From Histomonas meleagridis 2922-C6/04-290x (lineage: Eukaryota > Protista > Parabasalia), in the NCBI GenBank assembly GCA_020184695.1, contig JAANOX010000102.1:1-64000 (forward strand): a stretch of DNA of 64,000 nucleotides, given 5' to 3'. A program made the translations under genes and the position numbers. Position 1 is the first letter of the stretch, and every line of letters begins with the position of its first letter. The notes under the pieces are model-generated. The model had not been told where the DNA came from and made no database searches. It saw only the letters and a program-made list of their open reading frames with translations. Shown here in pieces: positions 8,622 to 21,200 of the stretch.

Positions 8622-11600
8622 TTACTTACGACGGAATTGATAAAGAGTTCTTTCTTCATCTTGTAATTGTTTTCTGTTTTGGTTTACCACCTGTTGCATG
8701 TTTAGCTTTCTAATCATTGGGTTATTCGTCTTCTTCTGGGGCTTCTTTGCTTCTTCTTCGTTTAATTTCTCGTCCACAATTTGCTCTGCTCTTGCGATTA
8801 CGCTATCTGAGTAACGCGCGACTTCTTTCACGTGCTTACTCATGATTCCCTCCGAGTCACCACCTTTCACGAGCACTTGTGACACCAATGCAGCGATTGA
8901 TGCCTTAATAATTCTTGAAGCAGCTATAACTTTAAACTCCGCGTCTTTTTCGGAGCCCGTCACTAATATCTCAGCGCATATTAACAACAATTCCGCTGCC
9001 TCTGATAAGTCTTGTGCAGCTCGAATTAGACCTCTTTCGTTATCTATTTTTCCGAAGTTTGCTAACAATTGCGCAGTGATTTCTTGAGCTCTTTTAACAA
9101 TTGCTGAAGACGCTGCAAAGATTGGAGTAGCACAAGAGATCAAAAACGCAGGTAATGTACCTTCGGCAGCTTTAAGGTTTTGTATGTTTTGTGTCGCATC
9201 GATTTCTTCTGATTCGATTTCTTCCATATTCACTTGATTCTCAAATTCTTTTAGTTTTGCACTCATAGCTTCAATAGCATTAGCAGTTGCATTTAATTCA
9301 CGTGTAACTTCATTCATTGATTCATCTTCTTCAACAACAATTTCGATTTTAGATGCAGTCTCTGCTAATTCCATACATTTCTCTATTGACGTGTTATATA
9401 ATTGGATTGCTTCTTCCATATCATGTGCAAATGTTGGGACTCTTAATAAGCGATTCTTCATTGCTGATTGGATACTATTAATAGCATTAGCAAACGCATG
9501 TAATGCAGTTTGTTGTTCAACTTGATAACGTGAATCAACTGTAGCGACTGCCATAATCAATGCTTTCTCAGCAAATGTATTTGATACATTATTTAACTCT
9601 TCAATTTGTTGTAATAATTCTCCTGATGTAGCTAATGTAGTATCAATGATAGCCTTAAAGTTGACCATCATTTCATCAACTTGTCGTTTAGCTAATGTTA
9701 AATCTTGTAACGCTTCACTTGGAGATGGTGCAGATTTAGGTAACGCTGGTATCTTATAATCAGATGGTATCTTTGATGCTGATACTGGATCTGGTTCAAT
9801 GACTATTCGATCTGTTAATGATGGGCCAAGTATAGCCATCTTATGCGTGATTTGACAGACGTCATTAATCGGTGAATATAATGGCTTAGGTGAGAATGAG
9901 ATATTAAAGTCAATCTTCTTTGAGATATCTATAAGTGTATTAACTTGTGTTTCTAATTGTGACATTAATGATCCTATTTCTGTCGATGATTGTCCAACTG
10001 CTTTACTACGAACTACTGATACTGAATTATTTAATTGGTTAATACTATCTTGAATGTTTTCGATGATTTCTTCATGACTTGATGTATACATTTCTGGAAC
10101 TAATGACGTAGAAACTAATGCATTAAGTCGTGCAATTTGAACTATAACTGTGGATAAATTCGTATACATTTGATTTTTGGTGGATTCAAATTCCGAATAT
10201 TCAGTCGATTGTTGTTGTGGATTTTCGACAATATTTATAAATGCATCAAATTGTTTGGACATTTTACGATTAATTCGTCGTAATTCGGATGATAAATCAG
10301 TTGTTTTCTTTTGTGAGATTTGGAATGATAAATCAGTAAATTCTTTTAATGCTATAGATAATTCACTATAACAATCAACAAATGTAGCTGATAATGGTGT
10401 AAATGCTAAACCTGCTAACATTAATGAATGCATTGTTAAGACTGCTGCATCTGATGCACTTAATAACATCGATTTTAATGGCTCTGATAATAAATCATCA
10501 TTAGTATTATGAGTTTTAGCTAATTGTAATATTTGATTAACATCTTCTCGAAAGATATCCGCTTTATCATATACAAAATCACAAACTGTATCTCCATCAC
10601 GAATACGATCTAAAGCTAAAAATTGATTTGGTATTAATTCTAATAACTTTTCACTAAATATCGAAATATATTTATCAATTAATTCTTTAGTTGTTCGATT
10701 AGTAATAACTAAATCTAATAATTCATTAACATTTAAATCATTTTGTGGTGATATTTGATAAAATGCTTGAAGTTCTTTAAGTCCATAAATTGTAGATAAT
10801 GTATCTGTTAATTGGATTGAATTACCTTTATTACGTAATATACTTAATGATATTAATATCTTCTTTAATATCTTTGCTAAATAATCATTCATTTCTTTTT
10901 GTTTAAGTTTCGAAATTGGTGATAACGCTAATATTTGTGCTACATATCCATATATTTTCATTAATTGTGGTTGTGAATTACGTCCACTTTCTAATAAATC
11001 TCGTGATACTTCAATGAATTGCTTATGTAATTGTGATACTATAGGTGCTACTGTTTTACCGAAACTATTTTCATATGATGCAATTGATACTGAAAATGTT
11101 GCGAAGTTTTCAATAAATGATGAACGATCATTTGTAGAACCTGTTAATAATTGTGTAATTGCATTATTAATTTTCGTTGATGAATCAGAAATTTCTAATA
11201 CTTTAACTTGTGTAGCATCGAACCATTGATTCATTGCACTACGAACATCTGCATTAGTACTTTTCTTCATAGAACGTACTATAAATTGAGCAAATTGTTT
11301 AAGTGCTGTAGAATGTAATGAAGAAGCCATTGAATCAAATCGTTTAATTTCTTGTACGTCATCAGGTACATCATATTGTAATGAAGGTTGAGGTAATGCT
11401 AATACTATCTTTAATAACTCATCAATCGATTTAAGGATTGAAGCTGCATAAGTTGGGAAATGTGCAGCTTCTGCTGGATTTTGTCCACATGCTACACTAA
11501 TAGCTATAGGCCAAATGATATCAATTGATGTACGTAATGTTTTCATTGTAGGTGATAATGTAGCACCTGCATTAGGTTGAGTTTTAATTAATGCATCACA

Positions 11601-13628
11601 TATTAAGATAAATGTTAATGGTATAGATAAGAAATAACAAGATGTAGCATCAACACGATTAATAATAGTTTGATATTCTTTAAATAATTCTAATGATCGT
11701 GATAATGATCCAATCATTCCACAAATGAAATAACTTGTGTTTGAATAATTACGTAATAATTGTAATGATAATGCTAAGTTTGGTATATTATTTAAAAAGT
11801 CTTGTAAATATTTTCCGATGATTGTTTAAATAAAATTGAAAACGCTAAGTTTGAAGTAGTTGATACAACTTTATTATATTCATTACCAATCTTTGTTAAA
11901 TCGATGATATGTTTAATTAATGAATTAATATCTCCATAATTACCTAATGTAATTTCGGGTGTAGTTTGCATTATAGTTTGTATACCTGAAACTATTACTA
12001 ATATGTTTTTGTAATGATGTTTGATTACCTAATGTTGATAATATAGAAATTGGAAATGATAATACATCTAATATCGATTGTGATCGAAGTTGTATAACTG
12101 AAAATATCGTTAAATAAAATTGATTCAACCATCGTGTAAATCGATTACTTAAGATTGTGATTTGTGTATATAATCCATTAAGTTGTCCTTTAGTATCAAC
12201 ATCTGGACAACTTGTAACAAGTTTATTTAATGGTATTGGTAATGCTGCTAATGCATCGAAGAATCGTTGTTGAATTAATATGAAATCATTTGATTCTGGT
12301 TCAAAGTCTTCGACGTTTTTGATTGCTGATAAATAAAAGTTCGTTTCATTAAGTGTGGTATCATTAAAGAATTCAAGATTAGTATCAATCACTGAGATAA
12401 TTTGTGATACTATTTTACCGACTTCTTTAAATATCGATTTTGTTATTAATACAATTTTCTTTGTGATATTAATTAATAATTCTTCTGACTTATGGAAATC
12501 GGGTAATATAAATGAGGCATAACGAGAAATGCTAATTAATGTGATCGCAGTTAATTCAGGATCAGTTTTACATATGGATATTAACGTGGCAAAGGTACTA
12601 TATGCACCAATGACATTGTTTCCTAATGGCGCAATCATGTCACGAGTTTGTGCTAAGAGATCTTGACCTAATTGGATTAACGAATCAAGTGGCTTTTCAT
12701 TGAGATAATCTTGAACTAAGTCTTTGATAAACTGTGTGATCGATTTATATAAGATTTTGGTGGTGATTTCATTGATAGCTTGAATCGAGGTGGTTAACGC
12801 ATTAGATGCTTGGGCAAAGTCATCGGATTCTGTGATTAATGGCTGAATTGTACCAATTAATGCTGCTAATGATGGGAATTGTGTGATGATTTGTGGTAAT
12901 GCTTTGAGAATTCCTTCAGTAGAATTACGTGGTGTTTGGAAAAGAGTTTGTGACATGCCACTAACTACTTGGATCCATTGCGTTAATTGTTGTGAATGTG
13001 TTGGAGATGCTACGATGTTTTTATTGGATGATAAAAATACAAGTTCTATGTATAATTGATCAAGTGTTGCAATGGCTGCAGCTATTTGGTGTGATATTTG
13101 GTGTTCAGATTGTTGAATACGTTCTAAACGATATGAATATTGATTTTCACAATTAGCAACAGCTTCAACAATCTTATCAAAGAATTGAAGTACAAAACCA
13201 ACCTTTTGTGAAAGTGCATCTTGATATTGAACCATTGATGTTGCTGATGGAGATGCTAAATGTGGAATGTATGTTTGAATTTCTTGTAACGCTTGAAGTG
13301 CACCTGAAAGAAATGGAGCACACTTTTGGGATTCATCATTAAAGTTTGGATCATGTGATTCAATAGTTTGTTGAAGAATAGGAATTAATTGCATAATTTT
13401 GGCATAATCAGATCCTATTATGGGTTGTGGACCTTGCGATATTAATGGAAGTCTTTTTAAGATATCATTTGTCAGAGAACGAAGAGCCGTTGCCATTCTT
13501 GATGATCTTGCCAATGCACAACCTATTTGATTGAGTTGCAAGGCAACACGATCATCAGATATGATTTCTTCCATTTTCTTTAGTTGAAATTTGGAAATAG
13601 TTTGGGCAAAAGGGGCGAAAGAACTCAT
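8622..13628 (-). CDS. Talin/vinculin-like helical-rod protein with C-terminal I/LWEQ (THATCH) actin-binding domain; two frameshifts (~12006-12010 and ~11825-11827)
   Basis: C-terminus RGLIRAAQDLSEAAELLLICAEIL...KVIAASRIIKASIAALVSQVLVKG...RKQLQDEERTLYQFRRK fits I/LWEQ. The gap between ORFs 11940..13628 and 8622..11717 is bridged by open frames, giving ~1670 aa. Confidence 0.75.
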
Positions 13629-13941
13629 TGATCAATAATTAAAAAACCGCTGACAGTTTAAACAACTTTTTGAATGTGATAACACAATTTGTTAATTTAT
13701 ATAAAAGTGAAAAAAATGAAGATGAACTTGAATTGCTTTAACATATTCAAAATAATTAATAAACATTATAAAGTGTAATAGACTTGGAACCACAATCAAT
13801 TTTTATTTTTAATTTCTTCTGCAGAATTATCTTCATTTATAATTTTTATTTCGAAGATTCAAGTAAATTTTATTTTTAATATGTAAAAATGTTTATTTTT
13901 TAGTGTGTGTATGTAAAAGTCATATTAATTTTTTTATTAAA

Positions 13942-15300
13942 TCAAAATCGTTCTCCTCTTCTCTGTCTGACAAATGCACCTGTTGGAAGTGCCAACAAGT
14001 CAGCGTTTAGAGGGCTTAGATTTAATTCGAATTTAAATTCCAACACAGGTTTTGGTGCTTGTTTTGCAAACGAAAATGTTTCATTAGCAGATGAAACAAT
14101 CACATCATATTTGTCTTGTGGAGGAAGTGCATTCTGGCAGAAAACAGACACATCTGCTTCATTATCAGGGAGTATTAATGCAGGCCAATCCTTTTCTGTT
14201 GGCTCGCCATAAATTGGTGAGTCGGCGACCGTTTGTATTTTGTGTGCGTTCTCAATTTTGACAGGTTTGATGTGAAAATGATCGGCAAGAAATGCTGAAA
14301 TTGACTTCTCGGCATTACAGATCGAAGTAGGATATTTATCATCAACAAGAACACAATTCCTGTTTGGGTAACAAGAATCGTTCTTTGCAGAAAATGAAGC
14401 AGAAACTTGGACGACAGAAACTGATTCTGTTTCAAGAGCTTGAAAAGCTGGATGTTTGCTTGAACCTGAAATGTTGACTTGGATAACGACATCTGCTTGT
14501 TGTGCTGTGATAGTGCTTGGATGATGTGTAATATCATCACCAAACGTAAAATCATCAAACGCATAAATAAGAAGATGGGAAGAAAAGAAACATGGAAGAG
14601 AGTTAAATCCAACAAAGCAGATCATATCGCATACATCATTTCTAAGACGAAGTGCTTCATGTGAAAATGATCCAAAATCAAAAACAATGTAAATTTCGTA
14701 ATTCCTGCTTAAAAGAGCTGAACACATAGCTTGAGTATGTCCATCAAAGCAGAATTTGTGTTCATCAAATTGACTTTGATTTTTGATTTGGATGAAATCA
14801 GGAGTTTCAGTTTTACGTGGGAAAAATGAAACTAACCCTGGGATGACAACAATTGGCTTGTGTTTGGATTCTCTGTATATTGATAAAATTTTGATTAAAA
14901 TTGGAATATCAAATTGTGTATCAGAGAAAAATGAAACCAAAGCTTTTGTAGGCTGAAGTTGAGTTTGTTCTAAACTGTGACTAACAACAGTGCATTCTGA
15001 AGCTAAACATTGTGCTGCTAAATAGAGATAAAGACTGCTTGTTACACATGCAGATGAAAAGATACATTGCTTAGTTTCATTTAAATAATTTTGGAAAGGA
15101 CAATACTTGATAATCTTAATTCCAGATGGATAAAGTGGTCCAGAAAGTGATTTGGGGTATGTAGTTGTTGTCTTATCACAGATTTTTTCAAAGCTTAAAA
15201 AAAATTGAACTTCATAGCGATCATCGCTTCTGTATATAGTATTGAAGATATGAAATGCAGATGGATCTGCACCAATTATAACAATTTTTGTCCGATTCAT
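13942..15300 (-). CDS. Divergent COG2403 family protein (ArcE/cDPG-synthetase-like) lacking Walker A
   Basis: MNRTKIVIIGADPSAFHIFNTIYRSDDRYEV...YPKSLSGPLYPSGIKI matches the recalled family N-terminus (RVIIMGAAGRDFHNFN...YPPELAGPLYPEGIPI). It ends YDVIVSS...KPVLEFKFEL; 452 aa, about the family length. Confidence 0.75.
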   Translation of the reverse strand: MNRTKIVIIGADPSAFHIFNTIYRSDDRYEVQFFLSFEKICDKTTTTYPKSLSGPLYPSGIKIIKYCPFQNYLNETKQCIFSSACVTSSLYLYLAAQCLASECTVVSHSLEQTQLQPTKALVSFFSDTQFDIPILIKILSIYRESKHKPIVVIPGLVSFFPRKTETPDFIQIKNQSQFDEHKFCFDGHTQAMCSALLSRNYEIYIVFDFGSFSHEALRLRNDVCDMICFVGFNSLPCFFSSHLLIYAFDDFTFGDDITHHPSTITAQQADVVIQVNISGSSKHPAFQALETESVSVVQVSASFSAKNDSCYPNRNCVLVDDKYPTSICNAEKSISAFLADHFHIKPVKIENAHKIQTVADSPIYGEPTEKDWPALILPDNEADVSVFCQNALPPQDKYDVIVSSANETFSFAKQAPKPVLEFKFELNLSPLNADLLALPTGAFVRQRRGERF

Positions 15301-15979
15301 CCCAATGAAAAAACCGTTACAGTTTTCACAACACTATCCTAAAAAGTGACATGGCAAAAATTTTTTACAATTTTGAACTTTCGCTTCACTTTCATTACAT
15401 TACGCTGAATTTAATTAAATCGTTTCTAAATCAATCTATTCATATTTTTAAAGGTTGCTATAAAACTCTACAAGGAACCTCTATTGAAATAATATTTTCA
15501 TCATGATATTTCATTTAAATATAAATAATTAATTCATATTTGCTAAGTTCGCAGCATATTTATTTTCATTTGTTTTATAATTTCAAATATATCATTCATT
15601 ATATAATATATTTTTATATATAATATAATATGTCAGTTCCACACTCCAGAGTATTAAGTTGTTCAAGGGGTTCTTGCTTAAGTTGACACTAATATTCATA
15701 GTCCACAGCAAAATCAGAATGTTAATAATGTAGTTAACCCATATGATAAAGTTGGCACTATAGTGGCTCAAGCACACAGTGCGACGTCAAATATAATGAC
15801 AATGAACTTAATGATAATAAAAATAATATTGTAGATATTATAATATATAATAATTAATGTTTAATGACTTAAGCCATCAAAAGATTTTTTTTTATAAAAT
15901 TAAATTTCAACATTTATACACAAAAAAATATTTTTTACAAATTTCCAACAACAAAACATCTGTTTAGAATAAAAACACA

Positions 15980-18061
15980 TTATGTCAGCCGTTCTGATAT
16001 CTGCACCCAAATGTTTGCCAGCTGCTGTGAGAGAACGCCTTTTTCTTGTTTGATTTGCACTATTTTTCTCAAGAAGCCGATTATCGGCATTAGTTCTCTT
16101 AAGTTGTTCAAGTTATTCTCCAAAATATTTATTGCGCCCATAGCGAACAGATCCAAAACATTTTGGTCGAATTGTTCCAACATTTTCTCGAATGTATTCA
16201 CAATGCCTATTGACGACGCAGTTAATTCGTCATTATTAAAATGTTGTATTGCGATTTGTACCCAACTTTGTCCTAACTCAGATTGAAACAAATTCGTTTT
16301 AGCATTTAATAAGTCGATTAATTTCCAAAAATTTTCATCGTAAAGAAAATTCATTTTCATTAATAAACTTGTGATTTGATTTATAATTTCTAATGTCTCT
16401 TTAAGTGTGAAGATAAAATCGGGCGAAAGAATTATTAATGATCGTAATAACAAACATTGAAGTGTCATCAGATGTGAATCTTCTTCAGGATAATTAAAGA
16501 CAATATCTTTCATCCGATATATTATCAACCTAAAGTTCTCAATATTTAACATGTTCATTTTAGTTGTTAACATTTCTAATAATGTGGTATCAAATAATAG
16601 GGTGCCCTGTGTTAAATCTGTTGTCAAATAACGGTTGAATACAACGTTATAAAAATCAATGAAACCGTCGCACTCAATTTTCTCTATCGGCTCCAAAAAT
16701 TCACATATGATCTTTGAAATCCTCATTTGAAAACTGATATCGTCTTTTTGAATGGATTCATTGAATGCGCACAACATGTAACGAAGCCATTCTGCATCTC
16801 TTGAGAAGTTATCATTAAAAATTTCTTCGAGTACAAACAATACTTTATCACGTACTCCTTCATCAATATCATTTACCATTGGTACTAATAATTTTGCTAA
16901 AGATTCTGTAAATTCAGGTTTTGGATTTATAGAAATAAAGATACTATACATACATAATATAGAATCCCCTCTAAATTCATCATGTAAATGTTCTTCTAAA
17001 AATCCCATGAAACTTAACGGTTTTGGGAGGTACCCAACGATCAACGATAGGACGCGCATGGTGTGCCCCGGATCAACACAAATTTGAATGAGTTGAAAAA
17101 GTAGATTTGTGGCGGTTTCTTTGTATAGTTGAACTATTTCACTTAGTATTTCCTGTGCTAATGAAGAGATGCCAAAATCATATGGACTATCTTCTCGATG
17201 TGAAAGATAGTTAAAAAGTTCTACAACAAGAGGCTGATGGAACGGGATGATATGGAACTCTGTCATAAGGTTAATAGCATCAAAAAGTAATGCATCATCT
17301 GCTGATTTCATATAATATACAAGACAATCTGCAAATTGAGGATTACCTGTCTTAATAAAGAAAAAAGAAAAAATACAGGAAGCTTCACTAATGCCATTCT
17401 GATCAAATTTTGTGAATGACGTGAGAAGTATTGGGATAATTATGTTTTGAATGGATGTAATGTAAGCAAAGATTTGTTCATTACTATCTGCTTGTTCTCT
17501 GAACTTGTTGATGAGTGCCCATATAAGTGTTAAGGATTGAGAAGCTACTAGTGATTCTGAATTATTGGATAAAAAATTGGATATCGGTTGTAAAAAATCA
17601 ATTGGTATTGGATAATTATGTTGAACTAATTCTATAAGACCATCAAGAGTATATAAAGCTGTTTTCTCATTTTGAAGAAGTGTCAAAAAAATGTTTTTTA
17701 AATTCGGAATCAATTGATCTCCAAAAGTTATTACCATTTCTGAAAGTAAAATTATAGCATGCTGAACTAAATCAGGGATTGATTCATTCAATATTTTGAA
17801 TATTCCATCAAGAAAATAATTAATGTTTTGAACAAAATTCTCTGGTGAAATATTTTTTAGGTAACGCCTTAGCAAAAAGAGGGCGAGCTTCCTGTGCATT
17901 ATACAAAAATTTGGTTCTGAGGAAATAGATATCAAATATAGTCCAAAAGAGGGAAGATTTTCGACAAAGTTTCGGAACTTCTCGTACACAACGTGCTGAT
18001 CTGCATTTAGTGATTGCGATTCGTTGAATAGTTCTAAGATGCTTTGTATGATTGCGTCCAT
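15980..18061 (-). CDS. Importin-beta/transportin-like HEAT-repeat protein
   Basis: IBN_N-like start (FGLYLISISS...HRKLALFLLRRYLK) and a helical Leu-rich composition; 693 aa. Confidence 0.55.
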   Translation of the reverse strand: MDAIIQSILELFNESQSLNADQHVVYEKFRNFVENLPSFGLYLISISSEPNFCIMHRKLALFLLRRYLKNISPENFVQNINYFLDGIFKILNESIPDLVQHAIILLSEMVITFGDQLIPNLKNIFLTLLQNEKTALYTLDGLIELVQHNYPIPIDFLQPISNFLSNNSESLVASQSLTLIWALINKFREQADSNEQIFAYITSIQNIIIPILLTSFTKFDQNGISEASCIFSFFFIKTGNPQFADCLVYYMKSADDALLFDAINLMTEFHIIPFHQPLVVELFNYLSHREDSPYDFGISSLAQEILSEIVQLYKETATNLLFQLIQICVDPGHTMRVLSLIVGYLPKPLSFMGFLEEHLHDEFRGDSILCMYSIFISINPKPEFTESLAKLLVPMVNDIDEGVRDKVLFVLEEIFNDNFSRDAEWLRYMLCAFNESIQKDDISFQMRISKIICEFLEPIEKIECDGFIDFYNVVFNRYLTTDLTQGTLLFDTTLLEMLTTKMNMLNIENFRLIIYRMKDIVFNYPEEDSHLMTLQCLLLRSLIILSPDFIFTLKETLEIINQITSLLMKMNFLYDENFWKLIDLLNAKTNLFQSELGQSWVQIAIQHFNNDELTASSIGIVNTFEKMLEQFDQNVLDLFAMGAINILENNLNNLRELMPIIGFLRKIVQIKQEKGVLSQQLANIWVQISERLT

Positions 18062-18227
18062 CTGAGATCAATTGATCGGCCATTTATATGAAACAAAAAG
18101 TCAAAAATCAATGAACTCATTGAATATATTGAAAACAAATCATTTCTATGCAATTTGTAACACATTTATCTGAAAAAAAAATTGACATGAATACCACTTT
18201 TATTATGGATATTCGAAAGCTCATGAT

Positions 18228-21200
18228 TTAATCTTTGGGTTCGTCTCTGCTGCTTGATGAACTGCTGGGTGATTTACCACCACCACCGCCGCCGCTTTTC
18301 TTCTTAATTACTACAATAACAACAACAACAATAATAATGATTACAATAACAGGAATACATACTGAAAGTGCAATTGTAGTCGCATTGGAACTTGAGCTAA
18401 CTGGAACTGGACAATTGGCATATGTATCCCATCCTCCCTTTTCAACATTTAATACTTGTGCCTCATCTTTGTTTCCAAACTTAGTTGGATAAAATGTGTT
18501 AGGAGTCATTATATAAGTTACTGATGAATTATAGAAAGCGTTGTTCTCAACATCGACAACTTCTTGCGTGTAAATATCATTATCATTATGTGTTTTTCCT
18601 CTTTGAGGTATTTCGATACCTGGATAATAAACACATTGAAGTGATATACAATCTGAAAATGCATGTGATTTAATATTTCTGATATCAACATTAAGTGTGA
18701 CTGAAGAGAGACTGGTACAAGCGGTAAATGCAAAGTCGCCAATCTCATCAATAAGTGGGGAAAGTGTAATTTCGGTTAATGAAGTACATTGAGCAAATGC
18801 AGATTGAGGAATAGTTGTTAGATTTTCTGGAAATTCAAAAGCAGTCAATGATATACAATGTGAAAATGCAGAGTCACCAATAGAAGTAGCACAGTTAGTT
18901 GTAATTGTTGTCAAATTATCACAATAAGAAAATGCACACACACCAATTTCTGTTACTTTATCAGATAATGAAATGGAAGTAATTCCATAACATGAATAAT
19001 ATGCATAATCAGAAATTGTAGTGATATTAACTGGAAGTGCAGAATTGCCTTTGGCAGGTGGATGACATCTTACAATTTCCAAATTTTTATCATAGACAAT
19101 TCCATCATTGTTATAATTAGAAAATTTTGAATTGTTTACATGAACATTAATTGACTGGAGACTTGTACAAAATGGAAAAACAGGAGGGGACAAGGAATTA
19201 GTTGCTTGTGGTATTGAAATAGATGTGATTGAAGTACAATATCCAAATGCATAGGAACCGATGTTAGTAACAGCATCAGGGATTATAAATGATGATAATG
19301 ATATGCAGTAATAAAATGCATGATGTTGTATTTCATCCAAAGTTGAAGTTTCTATAAATGTAACTTGTGTTAAATTGGTGCAAGTAGAAAATGCAGATGC
19401 ACCAATTTTACTGGTTGTATTTGAAATTATTAAAGTTCTCAAATTAGAGCAGTTATAAAATGCGGATTCAGAGATAGTACTAACCGAACTTTGTGTAGAA
19501 ATGCTTGTTAAAGAATAGCATTCATAGAACGCATATGATTTGATTGATGTAACTGATTCAGGGAAAGAATATGTTTCATTTCCACATCCTGCAGGATAGT
19601 ACTGAATTTGTGCAATTTGCTTGTCATAAAGAACGCCATCATCTTGAGAATTTGAATGTTGTGCATTACCTTCTGAAACTTTGATAAATTTAAGGCTTCT
19701 GCATGATTGAAATACTCGATCGCCAACACTAACAGAATCAGGAAGAATAATACTTACTAATGAAACACAATATCGGAATGCAAAATCGCCAATTGAATTT
19801 ACTTCTTCGCCAATAATTATATTTTCCAAATGACTACAAAATTCAAAAGCATGTTGATAAATTGTTTGAATTTTATCCGGAACTATAATATTTACAAATG
19901 AAGTGCAATTATAAAATGCAGATTCGCCAATTGAGGTAGTTTCTTCTGGAATAACAATATTCCTTAATGAAGTACATCCGAAAAATGCATAAGGAGGAAT
20001 TGAGCCAATTTGTACATTAAGAAGTATATTTGTCAGTGATACAGCAGATTCAAATAAAGCATTACCTAATAAAACAGATTGTTCAGACTTTATTGCAACT
20101 GATTTCAATAAAGAACAATTACAAAATGCACTAGCTGAAATTGAAGTTATATAAGGTGGTACTTCATATGCATCTTTTTGTTTTGCTGCAGGAAAACAAA
20201 TAAGTTGATTAGCTGTATGTTGTCTATAAAGAATTCCATCATTTTCATAATTATAATATCCTCCAATATTTTCATCTTCTACTTTTATAGACTGAAGACT
20301 AGTGCAATAACGGAAAACATAATCTCCAATTGATTCTACTGTACTGGGAATTGTAATTTCTGGTAAAGAACTACAATGAGAAAAGGCTTCGTCAGAAATA
20401 GTTTGACCATTAATTGTGCTGCTGTGTATACCACAGTAATTTTCAATTATAACAGATACAAGACTTGTACATTGATAGAATGCTTGAGATCCAATTAAAT
20501 AAAATTGACCTGGAATTATAGTACTTACTAATGAAGTACAATTGTAAAATGCACTATCTTCAATGCGAAATTCTTGGTTAGAATAAGAATCAGAATTACT
20601 TACAATGGTCAGTGACTGCATAGAATAGCATGAATAAAATGATTCGCTACCAATTAGTGTTGTTGAAGATGGAATCCAAATTGCTTGCAATGCATAACAA
20701 TGAGAAAATGCATAATCACCGATTGTCTTTAATCCATATGAAAACTCAACAGTTGCTAATTTATAGCAATCTAGAAATGCTGACTCTCCAATACTATTAA
20801 CATCACTTCCAAATGTAGCTGATTCTAAGTTATAGCAGTAAGCAAATGCATTTGAACCAATCGTAGTCATATTACCCACTAAGCTAACAGTATGTAATTG
20901 TATGCAATATCTAAATGCACAGGAGTTGATATAATAAGCAATTCCAGTAGAAATTGAGTATAATGATAAACATGATTCAAATGCATACGATGGAATATTA
21001 ACTACATATGGTATTCCAATGCTATGTAATAAATAGCAATTTTGGAATGCATGAGATCCAAGGTATTTAAGACTTCCAAGACTTGCATATCGTAAGGAAT
21101 AACATGTGTTGAAAGCATATTCTTTAATTTCGATAAGCGATGCTGGCAATGTAACTGATGTTAAACTATAGCAATATTGAAATGCTTTTTCATATATCGT

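Noticed and set aside
5061-12010. Spliceosomal introns as the explanation for split ORFs
   Set aside because: No trichomonad-type GT...ACTAAC...AG signals at the junctions; single-base indels explain them fully.
15630-15835. Coding-like fragment on the plus strand (VVQGVLA*VDTNIHSPQQ...)
   Set aside because: Interrupted, short and with no recognisable family.
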